From assembly GCA_951406725.2 (NCBI GenBank), contig OX597839.1:31868001-31932000 (forward strand): a stretch of DNA of 64,000 bases, written 5' to 3'. The notes under the pieces were generated by a model. The model searched no databases and had not been told where the DNA came from. It saw nothing but the letters and a program-made list of their open reading frames with translations. Shown piece after piece: positions 52,750 to 64,000 of this stretch. The stretch's first letter is position 1; each line of letters opens with the position of its first letter. The DNA comes from Octopus vulgaris (taxonomy: Eukaryota). A program made the position numbers and the translations under genes.

Positions 52750-53135
52750 GGAAGTACTCCGTCGGTTACGACGACGAAGGTTCCGGTTGATCCGAATCAA
52801 CGGAACAGCCTGCTCATGAAATTAACGTGTAAGTGGCTGAGTACTCCACAGACACATGTACCCTTAACGTAGTTCTCGGGGATATTCAGCGTGACACAGA
52901 GAGTGACAAGGCTGGTCCTTTGAAATACAGGTACAACAGAAACAGGAAGTAAGAGTGAGAGAAAGTTGTGGTGAAAGAGTACAGCAGGGATCACCACCAT
53001 CCCCTGCCGGAGCCTCGTGGAGCTTTTAGGTGTTTTCGCTCAATAAACACTCATAATGCCCGATCTGGGAATCGAAACCGCGATCCTATGACCGCGAGTC
53101 CGCTGCCCTAACCACTGGGCCATTGCGCCTCCACT
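52750..53135 (-). mobile_element. SINE family B, young, replaced middle module, with TSD
   Basis: Perfect TSD acataagtttat (52738-52749, 53136-53147); tRNA-like head ggcgcaatggcccagtggttagggcagcggactcgcgg...ggtttcgattcc. Confidence 0.93.
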
Positions 53136-53175
53136 ACATAAGTTTATACTGAACAAATAAACCTACAAAAACCAT

Positions 53176-53387
53176 TCAATCCTTCTGACAGCAAACTGCT
53201 TAAGGCTGCCTTTTGTTCTATGATACAATTTTTTTTTTGTTTTAAAGGGATCTAAATTAAAACCTTTCATCAAAATTCCATGTTAATCTATGCTTGAAAC
53301 AAAGTTATTTTGCTAAATTCATCATTTTTTAAAAAATTGAAACAAAGGCAATGTATTTCAACAGAAATACAGTAAAAAGTGGGCCAA
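53176..53387. mobile_element. Decayed MITE-like element, probably a third TTAA family
   Basis: Degenerate tcaatcctt...gtgggccaa ends; interior resembles a recalled octopus MITE. Confidence 0.4.
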
Positions 53388-54919
53388 TGTAGGACAAAAG
53401 AGATCTCAAAACCCTCTGCTTTCTCCACTCACAGACCATCCACTTCACATTTTCTTAGTACCAACTGTAGAGAGATCTTCAGTAAGACAGGACTAAGGTA
53501 CTGCTCAACCCTACTTTACATCAGTTCCCACCAAACACTTTAGAAGGAGCATGACAGCAGGGATTTCAAGGGCGTACATGCTTTGTTTAGAAGTAAAACT
53601 AGTCAAACGATAGTGTTTCAATGAATTCCTAACTAAATTTTTTAATTAAGCACTTAATTAATTATTATCACTGATTTTAGTTTACTTATTGATGGTTAAG
53701 TCTGAATATTATTGTTTTCCAGACAAGTCTGTCAAAATCTTTTACTTAGCAAACAAATGTAAGATTTTAAGCAACAATTTCTTTCACAACTGTTACATTA
53801 CCAACACTAAATACTTTACAAATGTGTTTTTTTTTTTTTTGTTTCACAAATGTTTTTAGTCATTATCTGCTTTTAGTGAATCTCTTTCAGCAGCAAATGT
53901 TTAACGACTGTGCTATCTAAATAATGCAAATGAGTTTATTTCAATTCAGAAATATTACTTTTCCTGTTTGTTGTCCTATTTCAACCGATCACCTGACCAC
54001 AATTTAAAAAAAACAACTTATTACACAAAAAGAAGAAAATATTTTCATTAAATTAAAAAAAAAAAAAATAGCACCTTATTTCATGCATATTTGTACATGT
54101 GTGTGAGTCTGTGTGTTATATATATATATATATATATACACATGTATGTCTGTACGTAAGTGTGTGTGTGTGTGTATTATATATATATATATGTAAAGTG
54201 GAGACTTGAAAAAGTTTTCCAATAAACATGGCAGATACAATACATTCAATTTTTCCTTCATTAAATGCCATTCCGTATTGATTTTCTCGATTCAGGCTGC
54301 TTTATAAATCAATAGTGAAGTTTAAACTATGACTACAATATTATAATCTTTGTACATTATATAAAAAAAAACAACAAAACTACAGAACAATTTTCAAATA
54401 TCTTAGCTGGTTAAGATCTAAGCAATTGATAGCAGTCTCTGTGTCTTGTTTAACAACAAATGTATTCGAGAAATATGTTTGATATATGGGAAACATGAAC
54501 AATTTTTGTTTTAGAACTACTGCAAGTTTTATCATTTTAACAAATGCTGTTATAGAAACAGTTGCAGACTTGGAATAATTTATTAAATATTCAGAATATT
54601 ATTGCATCGTCTATGAAGAGACTATGAAAATGTAATAAGTCGAGATATCAGCAATTGTCTTCAAGAAATGAGTTGAAGACAAAATGCAATAAGGTATGAT
54701 CTAATATCTTTGGAGTCACCAGTCAACCTTATCCATTCAGTCACTGTTTCCAAGAAGGAAAACAATATGATGTCCTGCAATTTGAAATGGTAATTAGAGT
54801 TTTGCAATCTTCACAATATTTATAGATGGAGAGATACGACAGTGTGGTTAAGTAGTTAGCTTTGCAACAGTTTGATTGCAGGTCAGATCCTTCTATGCTG
54901 CACCCAAACCCTCCTCCTC

Positions 54920-55240
54920 CTCATCATCATCATTATTTAACATTAATTTTCCATACTGGTATGGGTTGAATGGCTTAACAGGGGTCTGCAAGCCAGAGAT
55001 TTGTGTCAAGCTCCAATGTCTGATTTGGTAGGGTTTCTACACCTGGATACATTTCCTAATGCTGACCAATTCCCAGAATGTACAGGGATGCTTTCTATGT
55101 GACACCAACACTAGTGATGCCACCTACTAAGATCCTTCATCAGAGGTGGATGTAGTTTTCAAGGGGGTGGCTAAATGAGGGGGTTAAACTATGACAGGGG
55201 GACAGAAACAGGTGTCTTGCAGTAGAGAAACAGCAACCAC
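54920..55240 (-). mobile_element. Family D repeat, long form
   Basis: (cat)n...ttttccatactggtatgggttg...; extension homologous to 28440-28610. Confidence 0.7.
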
Positions 55241-55353
55241 AATTGTAAAAAAGAGAGATGGTGACAAAGAAGTAACTGAAATTTGATGGAGAAAGTTCTG
55301 CAAAAATTCCCCATACACACACACACACACACACACACACATGCACACACATA

Positions 55354-55755
55354 TCATCATCATCATCATCATTGTTTAACATCTGTTGTCTATGCTGGCA
55401 CGCTGGAAGGCTGCACCAGACTCCAGTCTGATTTGGCATGGTTTCCTATGGCTGGATGCCCTTCCTAACACCAACCACTCTGAGAGTGTAATGGGTGCTT
55501 TTACATGCCACCAGCATGAGTGCCATTTACATGACACTGGATGTGTAGTTACGTACCACTGGCATGGCTGCCAATTTGTGTGAGACCAGTATCTGTCACA
55601 ACTGTGATTTTACTCTGTTTGACGGGTCTTCTCAAGCACAACATAATGCCAAGGGTCTTGGTCATTGCCTCCATGAGACGCAACACTCAAAAGAAACTCA
55701 GTCACTTTGCCTCCGTGAGGCCCAATGCTTGAAAGGAACTCAGCCATTTTGCCTC
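55354..55755 (-). mobile_element. Family D repeat with an internal ~41-bp duplication
   Basis: ggctggatgcccttcctaacaccaaccactctgagagtg; the ttgcctcc...aactcag unit is repeated near 55665-55755. Confidence 0.75.
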
Positions 55756-56156
55756 TCTCTATATATATATGATATGTGTGTGTGTAGATGGAATACATTT
55801 ACATGGCTTACCTCTCCTCCTCACTTCCACACTTTCTAATATAATTTTTCTCAGTCATAGCAAGAGAAATAACTCTGGAAGTCTTCACCTAAAGAGATTT
55901 TGATAAATTCATCTTTTCCACAGTTTCATAGTCTGGGTTTCCTAAAGCCAACCAGCTTGTTTTACATTTGCCTCCCTGCCTAACTGAATAGGAAATATTG
56001 CACTTCTTGTGCAAAGGAGTTTGAGCTGTACATCACTGGTCAAACAGGTCTGATGATTGTGCAGTCTTGCTTGGTAGTGCTGGGAAAATGGACTTGCATG
56101 AAACTGCCTGGTAACTTTACATGACCACAAGTGAGATTCATTATTTATAATTTTGT

Positions 56157-56356
56157 AAGGTGGAGAGCTGGCAGAATTGTTAGCTCACTGGACAAATGCT
56201 TTATGGCATTGATTCCAGCTTTATGTTCTGAGTTCAATTTTGCCTCTCATCCTTCCAGGATCAATAAAATAAATACTAAGTGAACACAGGGGTCAATGTG
56301 ACTGACTAGATCCACCACCAAAAAATTTCAAACCTTGTATCTATAGTAGAAAAGGT
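56157..56356 (+). mobile_element. SINE family C with a long flanking direct repeat
   Basis: Flanked by ttatttat(aa/ta)ttttgtaaggtg at 56141-56162 and 56356-56377. Confidence 0.8.
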
Positions 56357-58004
56357 TATTTATTATTTTGTAAGGTGTGAACACACAAAAATAAACCAGT
56401 AAGAGAGGACTGAACAGAAATCAGTGCATTGGATTAAAACTACCTTGTGGTATTTGGTTCCCCTCCAGTTACATCGTTTTATGCATAGGCTAACTTTCCC
56501 ATCTTTGATGAAGTAATTATCTGAGAAAATATAATCGTGTTAAACCTTCGAATGCAGTGCTCCAGCATGGCAGCAGCCCAGTGAGTGAAACCAAAAATAA
56601 AAAGGACAAAATAATCTATTTTTATTACTAAGGGAATACTTCTTATATTCATATTAATATAAAGTCATGAAACATTTGTGTGGAATATGATTGCATGAGT
56701 GAAAACTCACTAAAACAAAGAAGGGACCTGTTAAGCTCCATTTTAAATTAAGTTAGATCATCTGAGATTAGACTGCAATTGGTTGCCTGAAATTAGAAAA
56801 TAGACTGCCATTAGCAATCTAATCTCAAAGGATCTGAAATGACCATAATCTGTGTTAGATAGAGACAGACTAATTAAAGATTTGTTACTGTATTATACCA
56901 GCACACTAGATGCAGCTGCTTCTGCTCCGCTCTGAGTATATATAACACATGGCATTTCAATTTACCTCCAGCCAAGATAGCATGTTTATTAGAAATAAAA
57001 TTTCACCTGTGCACATATCTATTTCAGCAGTCTAATGATATCTATCAGTGACAGAATTAAAATTTCAATGGTATCTTCTAGAAATAGGGTACCGGAAATA
57101 AAATATCCTAACTTTACTAGTTTATCTTTGTAAAAATTTAATCTTACAGCAGAAAAATGTTCTATGTTCATATTTTATTTTTACTATTTGAGTCTACAAT
57201 AAAAAGAAGAAACACATCGGATTTGTGCAGCATACTGACATAATTTTCTTTATACTATTTAGATATAGAACACAAGACTATAATATTCAACGCAAAATGA
57301 AAGAGACAACTCCATTAATTTCATGAAGAGCATACACAAAAACACTTGTGTATACAGCTACACACACACACACACACACACTGACACACACACACACACA
57401 CAATGAATAATTGAACAAAAGAATCTGATTTCTGGATAAAAGTAATGGTAAAAACTTTTTACTTTAAATACAGTACACAACATGAAAGACAGATGTTGGC
57501 ATGGTTGAAGCCGCATAAGTGTGTGTATGAGTGTGCAGGTATAGGCAGATGAACGAGTAAGTATATGTGTATGTGTGTGTGTGTAAGTTTGTGTGCATGA
57601 TGTGTATGTACACGTGTGTTTGAATGTGCAGATATTTATGTATGAATAGACAAATATACTTGTATGAATGAGCAAGTATGTTTACATATATGCACGTGTG
57701 TGTGTGTGTGTGTGTGTAGTATGCAAATGCATGTGTGAGTGTGCAAACGTGCATATGCATGTGCAGGTATGAGTGCATTTGCTGCTTTGCTTTATAGCTA
57801 AGATTGGTTTTGAGTACAGGTAAAAACAAATAGACTGAGATAAAGATTCGCAGCCAGGAATACATGAATCGATACATTGAGCACTCAGATGTATACAATC
57901 GGCAACCATTATTTGTTATGTAGACAACGAAGCTTGAAGAGAAAACGGTAAGCAGTGATGGTCATGGTTTTCGCAACAGCATCACTAAACCAGGTGATGC
58001 AATA

Positions 58005-58160
58005 GTTCATTTTCCATGCTGGCATGGATTGGATGGTTTGATAGGAGCTGGTGAGCCAGTGGACTGCACCAAGCTCCAGCATCTGTTCTGGTATGGTTTC
58101 TTCAGGCTGAATGCCCTCCCCAATGCCAACTACTTTACACAGGGTACTGGATGCTTTTTA
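58005..58160 (-). mobile_element. Family D repeat
   Basis: ttttccatgctggcatggattggatggtttgataggagctgg. Confidence 0.8.
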
Positions 58161-58585
58161 GTTCAAGTGATATATATATATACACATATATAGACAGAAT
58201 ATGCAGAGAAAATGGATAGATGGAGGTTATATGTTTGGAGGGGGGGGAGAAGAGTGTATGGTGATCCATAAAGATATATAGACGTATCTTTCAGTCTTTC
58301 TTTCACTTTCTCTCTCACTCCCCCACCCAGTCACTCAATATCTCTCACTATCACTATCATCTATTCTTATCTTCCCCCCATACTGTCACTTCATTTCAGT
58401 GTGTGTGTGTGTGTGTGTGAAAGAGAGAGAGAAAGAGAGAGTGGAGTGAGACATTTGTCTGTCTGTCTGTCTGCTTGTTCTATTTATATAGAAAAGGCTA
58501 AGCTGTTTAGGTTCCTAGTAGCCAGTCTTGTTGTGTTTGAAGTAGATGAGCAGGTGATCACAATGAATCAAAAATGCAGGGAGTA

Positions 58586-58760
58586 AGGTGTTGGTTTGTT
58601 TATATCCCTGTGACTTAACAATTCAGCAAAAGAGAACCAATAGGATAAGAGCCAAACTTAAAAACGTAAGTACTGGGATCAATTTGCTCAACTAAACCCC
58701 TCGAGACAGTGCTGCAGTATGGCCACAGCCCCATGACTGAGACAAGTAAGAGATAAAAGA
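58586..58760 (+). mobile_element. SINE family A, 3' half
   Basis: gtgctgcagtatggccacagccccatgactgagacaagtaagag. Confidence 0.75.
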
Positions 58761-60869
58761 CCAAATACCAACATAGTGGTTGCTATGAAGAAGCAACAAA
58801 AAGCTGAAGCATTTGTTTGAGGAATGAGTGTAGAAAGTGACAGCGTATAGAAGTGAGTGGGAAATAAAAGACATTGGCTGATGGGCTCCGGAGACACAAT
58901 TGTGAAATATTAATGAATGATTTATGGAAGCTGAAAGGCAGTTACATTTGATGAAATTGATTTTTACCTGGAATGAATGTAGAGAACAGAAAATATTGGT
59001 GAAAAGAAATTAAATTTGGTCTGGAAATATTAAGCCTAAAAGATGAGATGACCCACCATGAAGACGGATTGAAAGAGAGAGAGAGTGTGTGTGTGCATTA
59101 AAGGCCTCTTCAAACCATACTGGCAAGGGGACGTTGATGTTAAAACAGTGATAATGAGGATGATGTGATGATGGTGGACAGTTGCAGGTAGAGAGGAACC
59201 GAAATGTTAACTAGAAAAGGATATTTGTTGTTTTTAAACTGTTTTATATTCTTTGCTCACATTGAGTTACTTTTGCAAATTTGCATGAGATTCTTCTTCG
59301 AGTGTGCTTCTTTAAATGGACCAATTCTCTGAAGCAGCATGACTAGGAATTTAATTGATGAGAAGAATAACACCAGAATTCCATGCTAACACACTCACAT
59401 GTTCAATATTCAACATGAAGCTGAGATATATTTAAAGGGTTGAGACATCACCAAAGAAGGACATGTGACGAGAAAGTTAATTTGAATGGAAGGGAAAGAG
59501 AAAAGGAAAAGAATTGTGAGTTTTAGATAAAAAAAAAAAAGTCTGAGATTTTTAACGTAGACAATATCGAAAGTGTTAGTGCTCGTGTTTTTCCCCAAAG
59601 GAGTTAGTTGTGCAAATAAAATAAATTTGTCCTGACAGGAATTGAAACCAGGTCACACTATTTGTCTGTACTTTTTGTACTTCTGTACTTGCTACCAGAA
59701 ATGTTGAAAGTTAAAAGAAATTCAAATTGAAATACGAAGAGGTGATAAAATGGTAAAGAGAAGAGGGGGCGGGGAGGAAGCGGTGGAGAGAGAGAGAGGG
59801 AGAGCAATACATGTAACAGGATCAATGATTTGAAGCTTTCATGGCTGCAAGCTGACATTTAGTGAGGAATTAAGTTGTTGAATAGAAGATGATTGCATGA
59901 AAATATTGCTAGAATCTTATTGATAGATAACAACGATGTATTCCACAAGCAGAAAACAAATAGTGAACCTTGACTATCAGTCACTAAAACAGATTCAAAC
60001 ATTTCTTTCTTTACAAGCCAAAGTAGAGAACATCTTTGCTGAAACATTAACTCAGTCTAACGTTATTGCCGTATAAAAGAGAAGATGCCTTTAATTTGCT
60101 GCTTTGAAGAAATCATTGCTAAGCAAGAGTTAACATTCACAAAGACAACTACTAATTCAGCTATGATGCCTTTATGCAAAGTTAGATATAAAATGTTTTA
60201 AGAGAGTTAGTAAGCTATAGAAGAGTAGAATGTAACTCCATTAAATTCACTAACAACACTGACTAATCTAACTTAGATCTGTCTGTTGTATTCATCTAGA
60301 ACTGACGAAGATTTCATGGAGATGCTGTAATTAGAAATGGAAAATTTTCATAACTACTTTCTTCTAATCCAATCAAAGCTATAACCTATAACCATTTCAA
60401 TTCTAAGCAATTCATTCTTAATTGAATTGTTCGTTATATCACAGACTTCAAGTCAACCTATTTCATTTTTGTATAGAATGATTAAGTTCAGTGTTAGTTT
60501 ATGGCAAAGATTTACCAACAGCTTGTAGCAATGTGACCAGTTCAGTTGGACATGTTAAACTTTGGTTTTATATTGTAAAGTTTGTAGCTTTGAGTTTTTG
60601 CCAATTAGCGATATATTAGCAGGTCTGGCAACTTTTAATATGTGATTTAACAAATACCATCTTAACAATTAATTATGATCCAATTTCACTCACGTTTATG
60701 AAGAAATGCAACAGTGAAGTTTCAAACCTGGAGAAATGACTATGTAATCTTTACGTTGACCCTACACAGCTCTTGTAGTAATCCTGTGGTACCACCAAAT
60801 AAGGCACATTTTATGTTGTAGTCAAAGACATCACTCTTACTTCCACATTGAATAGTCAATATAACAAAC

Positions 60870-60960
60870 TAAGGCGGCAAACTGGCAGAACACTGGAGTC
60901 AATGTAATCGACTGACCCCACTCTCCTGAAATTGCTGTCCTGGAGCCAAAATTTGAAACC
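60870..60960 (+). mobile_element. Internally deleted mini family C SINE
   Basis: The head aaggcggcaaactggcagaa is fused directly to cactggagtcaatgtaatcgact...aatttgaaacc. Confidence 0.7.
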
Positions 60961-61317
60961 AATAACATAAACTATGTCCTGCTTGTAATATCTTTTCATC
61001 TAAGCAGAGTGTAATGAATGCTTTTAAGTGCCACCAGCACAGGTGCCTTTTGCATGACACCAGGATGCTGAAAAAATATGAAAAAGCTATACTCATTGAA
61101 ATCTTATTAAAAAATTTAGAAGAAACAGAAGTAAACATTATTCATGTGAGGAATTTAACTTGCAAAAAATTAAATAGAAATGTTAATAAATTGACCCATT
61201 CAACACACATGCAGCCAAGACATTATTTTAGTTGTGGGGTCAAGACAACCATGTAATCTTGTAAAAGATGAGACAAACTTTCTAGTGCTGGAGCCACAAT
61301 AAAATATACCAAGTACT

Positions 61318-61544
61318 CTAACTCTTTAGCATTCAAACTGGCCATATCCGGCCAAAATGTTCTGTCTGTTTTATGTCCAAACTGACCAGATCAGGCTTCT
61401 CATACCTACACTACAATGTCATTGTAAAAATAAACAATCATATCATTGAAATCTCAAAGCTACAAGCAAAGGCAAGATGAATTCAAAGCAATATGAATAA
61501 ATAAGCAACAAACTTGACAGAGAAAGCTAAATGCTAAACTGGTT
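61318..61544 (-). mobile_element. piggyBac-type MITE, family M1 (copy 5, decayed)
   Basis: ctttagcattcaaactggccatatccggccaaa ... aatgctaaa. Confidence 0.8.
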
Positions 61545-62049
61545 GGTGTTTTGAAGAGCATCCAACTGCAAAAACCAAGCCAAAAATTATTTTTTAGATT
61601 AAACTAATGAACAATATGTGGTCCTACAATTTCTTTTCTCTAGGAGAGCAGTGACAACTCATCTAACCTATGCCAACATACAAAGTAAGCATAAAAAAAT
61701 GGTGATGTGTATGTTTATATACATCTTAACATTAGATGTCTTTTAATAGTGAGAAACATAGGAGACTGCTTTCCAGAAATCAAGCCATGTGAACTCCGGA
61801 GACTACAGCTCTGATCACAGACATTGCAGTAGAATAACTGGAATGCATTACTTATAGTTGCACCAGGCAGATAGATGAACTTGTCAATAATAGTTTGCTT
61901 GCTCATTTTCGGTTCACTTTCATGAACAGTTCATTAAGACAATTAATTAAGATTTATGAGGACTGGCTGACAGGTGCGTGTTTGAGTACAGTTGCTGTTT
62001 TGTGGAAAAAAAATTATCATTATATTACAAAGTCAATTATGACTTTTTA

Positions 62050-62190
62050 TGTTATATGTTCAAAATCTGCCAAGGCTAACTTTACTTTTCATCCCTCTGG
62101 GATCAATAAAATAAAGTACCGGTCAAACATTGGGGTCAATATAACTGACTGTCCCCTCCCCCAAACTTTCAGACCTTATGCCTCTGTAAA
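62050..62190 (+). mobile_element. SINE family C, 3' part
   Basis: tttcatccctctgggatcaataaaataaagtacc...tttcagaccttatgcc. Confidence 0.7.
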
Positions 62191-62859
62191 ACACCAATAA
62201 ATTACTAAATGGTAATTTGCTACAATGACCCAAAAGAAAGGGAGGCACAGGCATGGCTGTGTGGTTAAGAAGCTTGCTTAGCAACCACGTGATTTCAGGT
62301 TCAGTTTCAGTACACAGCACTTTGAGAAGGGTAACCAGTGAATTAAGTGTGTACTGTACTTTTTATGTCAGTCTACAGAGTTCTTTAGAATGGCAAGAAT
62401 ACCAGAGTTTTCTATACAGTTCCACCTTTCACAGCAATTTCTATACAAACAAAATAAAATCAATAAGAATCTATTAGATCTAACTCCATATTTGTTACTG
62501 CTGTTTAACCCCATTTCAATCCTCACTGAGCAGAGATAAGATCAAAGGTGTTACAGCTGTAAATATCTTTTAAGGAAGTTGAGTGGGGCAGGACTACATC
62601 ATCTAATGTGTCATTGTCTTATTTAAAAGAGTACAGTGTGATGGGAGGGAAATCTGGCTGCTGTTCTCAACAGGTTCAGTATTCAGGTTGAGGCTTCCTT
62701 GCCAGTAGCATAGCTAGAGTGTGTGCTGCCTGGAGCAGCCCTTGTATTTGCACTCCCTACACAGGCTTATACAGCAGACTCAAGGGCTACTCCAATGAAA
62801 GTATCCCCCAAGTGGACTGCCTCTAAGCCCCTGCTCCCTAGCTATATTACTGGGCCTTG

Positions 62860-63055
62860 ATCATCATCATCATCATCATAGTTTAACGTCTGCTTTCCAT
62901 GCTGGCATGGGTTGGGTGGTTTGACTGTGGACTGGCAAGCCAAGAGGCTGCACCAGTCTCCAATCTGATCTTGCAGTGTTTCTACAGCTGGATGCCCTTC
63001 CTAATGCCAACCACTCTGAGAGTGTAGCAGGTGCTTTTTACATGCCACCAGCACA
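62860..63055 (-). mobile_element. Family D repeat
   Basis: (atc)n gtttaacgtctgctttccatgctggcatgggttgg ... ttacatgccaccagcac. Confidence 0.85.
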
Positions 63056-63073
63056 TGTGTATGTATATTTATA

Positions 63074-63396
63074 CAGGAACTCTGTTGGTTACAGTGAGGG
63101 TTCCAGCTGATCTGATAAACAGAACAGCCTGCTCATGAAATTAACATGCAAGAGGCTGAGCACCCCATAGACACGTGTACTCTTAATGTAGTTCTTGGGG
63201 AGATGCAGCATGATACAGAATATGACAAGGTTGACCCTTTAAAATACAGGTACAATTCATTTTTGCCAACTGGACGGACTGGAGCAATATGAAACAAAGT
63301 GTCTTGCTCAAGGACACAATGCACTGCTGAGTATCAAACTCACAACCTTATTGATCATGAGCCAAATGCCCAAACCACCAAGCCACATGCTTTCAC
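63074..63396 (-). mobile_element. SINE family B with TSD
   Basis: TSD tgtatatttata at 63062-63073 and 63397-63408. Confidence 0.9.
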
Positions 63397-64000
63397 TGTA
63401 TATTTATAAGAAGCAAATATATAAATGGTCATTTGAAAGTTGTTCAGTTCAGAAAAAGTATCAGTGCCTGGTTTTACTTTAGTCAACTTTAAAATAATTA
63501 AAGCTCTCACACAAGAGGAGGCTGTCATGAATAAATCCATCCAGTAGTCAGTCAAACTAATAATTCATACAAATGTCTGAATTTGCAGACCTATCAAACT
63601 TAGAGCAGCATGCAAGAATGAACATAAATAATGAATGAGTAGATAAAAATATGTTTTCTTTAGTTAAAACAAAACTTAACCAGTAACAGAGAAAACCATG
63701 AATAATTAATGCAGTCTTATAAAAGCAGCTTCTGAAGTTAATTGAATATATTTACATCTGTCTTTCGATGTTGGCAAGGGCTCAACTGTATGCTAATTCA
63801 AAACATTTCTATCAATTTTTAAAATAAGTGATTTTTTTTTCTTTCTATTTTTTTTCATTTCCTCATGCCTATATAGGGAGCTGGTTACTTTTAAAATGAC
63901 TAACAAAAAAAAAAAATCAACATCATTTTAACTTTCTCTTTGCCATGCTACACGAGTCAGGCAAAATTTGTCAAAGCAGACTTTCTATAGTCACATGCCC

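Noticed and set aside
53060-53135. tRNA gene (Arg-like)
   Set aside because: It is the tRNA-derived head of a TSD-flanked SINE and has no proper acceptor stem
59764-59775. GC box (gggcgggg) as a promoter
   Set aside because: A single motif in a purine-rich low-complexity tract with no other support

Overview
AT-rich eukaryotic DNA that is almost entirely non-coding and dense in microsatellites and interspersed repeats. The repeat repertoire resembles that of octopus/cephalopod genomes; this is an inference from recalled repeat families, not a database search. Mobile elements seen: three tRNA-headed SINE families (here called A, B and C) with swapped internal and tail modules, an RTE-like 3'-end repeat (D), TTAA-flanked piggyBac-type MITEs, a non-autonomous Helitron, a young R4/Dong LINE 3' end inside (TAA)n, decayed mariner and CR1-like fragments, and a Penelope-like end carrying a minimal hammerhead-like motif. 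The only convincing host-gene signal is a minus-strand exon (20198-20367) with strong splice sites, two uORFs and the start of a signal-peptide-like ORF, so much of the window may be intron. Notable structures are a ~230-bp inverted duplication of a LINE-endonuclease relic (32603-33910) and a 138-bp tandem array with a higher-order duplication (9183-10340). Nearly all ORFs in the supplied track are microsatellite or SINE artefacts. Boundaries of decayed repeats are approximate.
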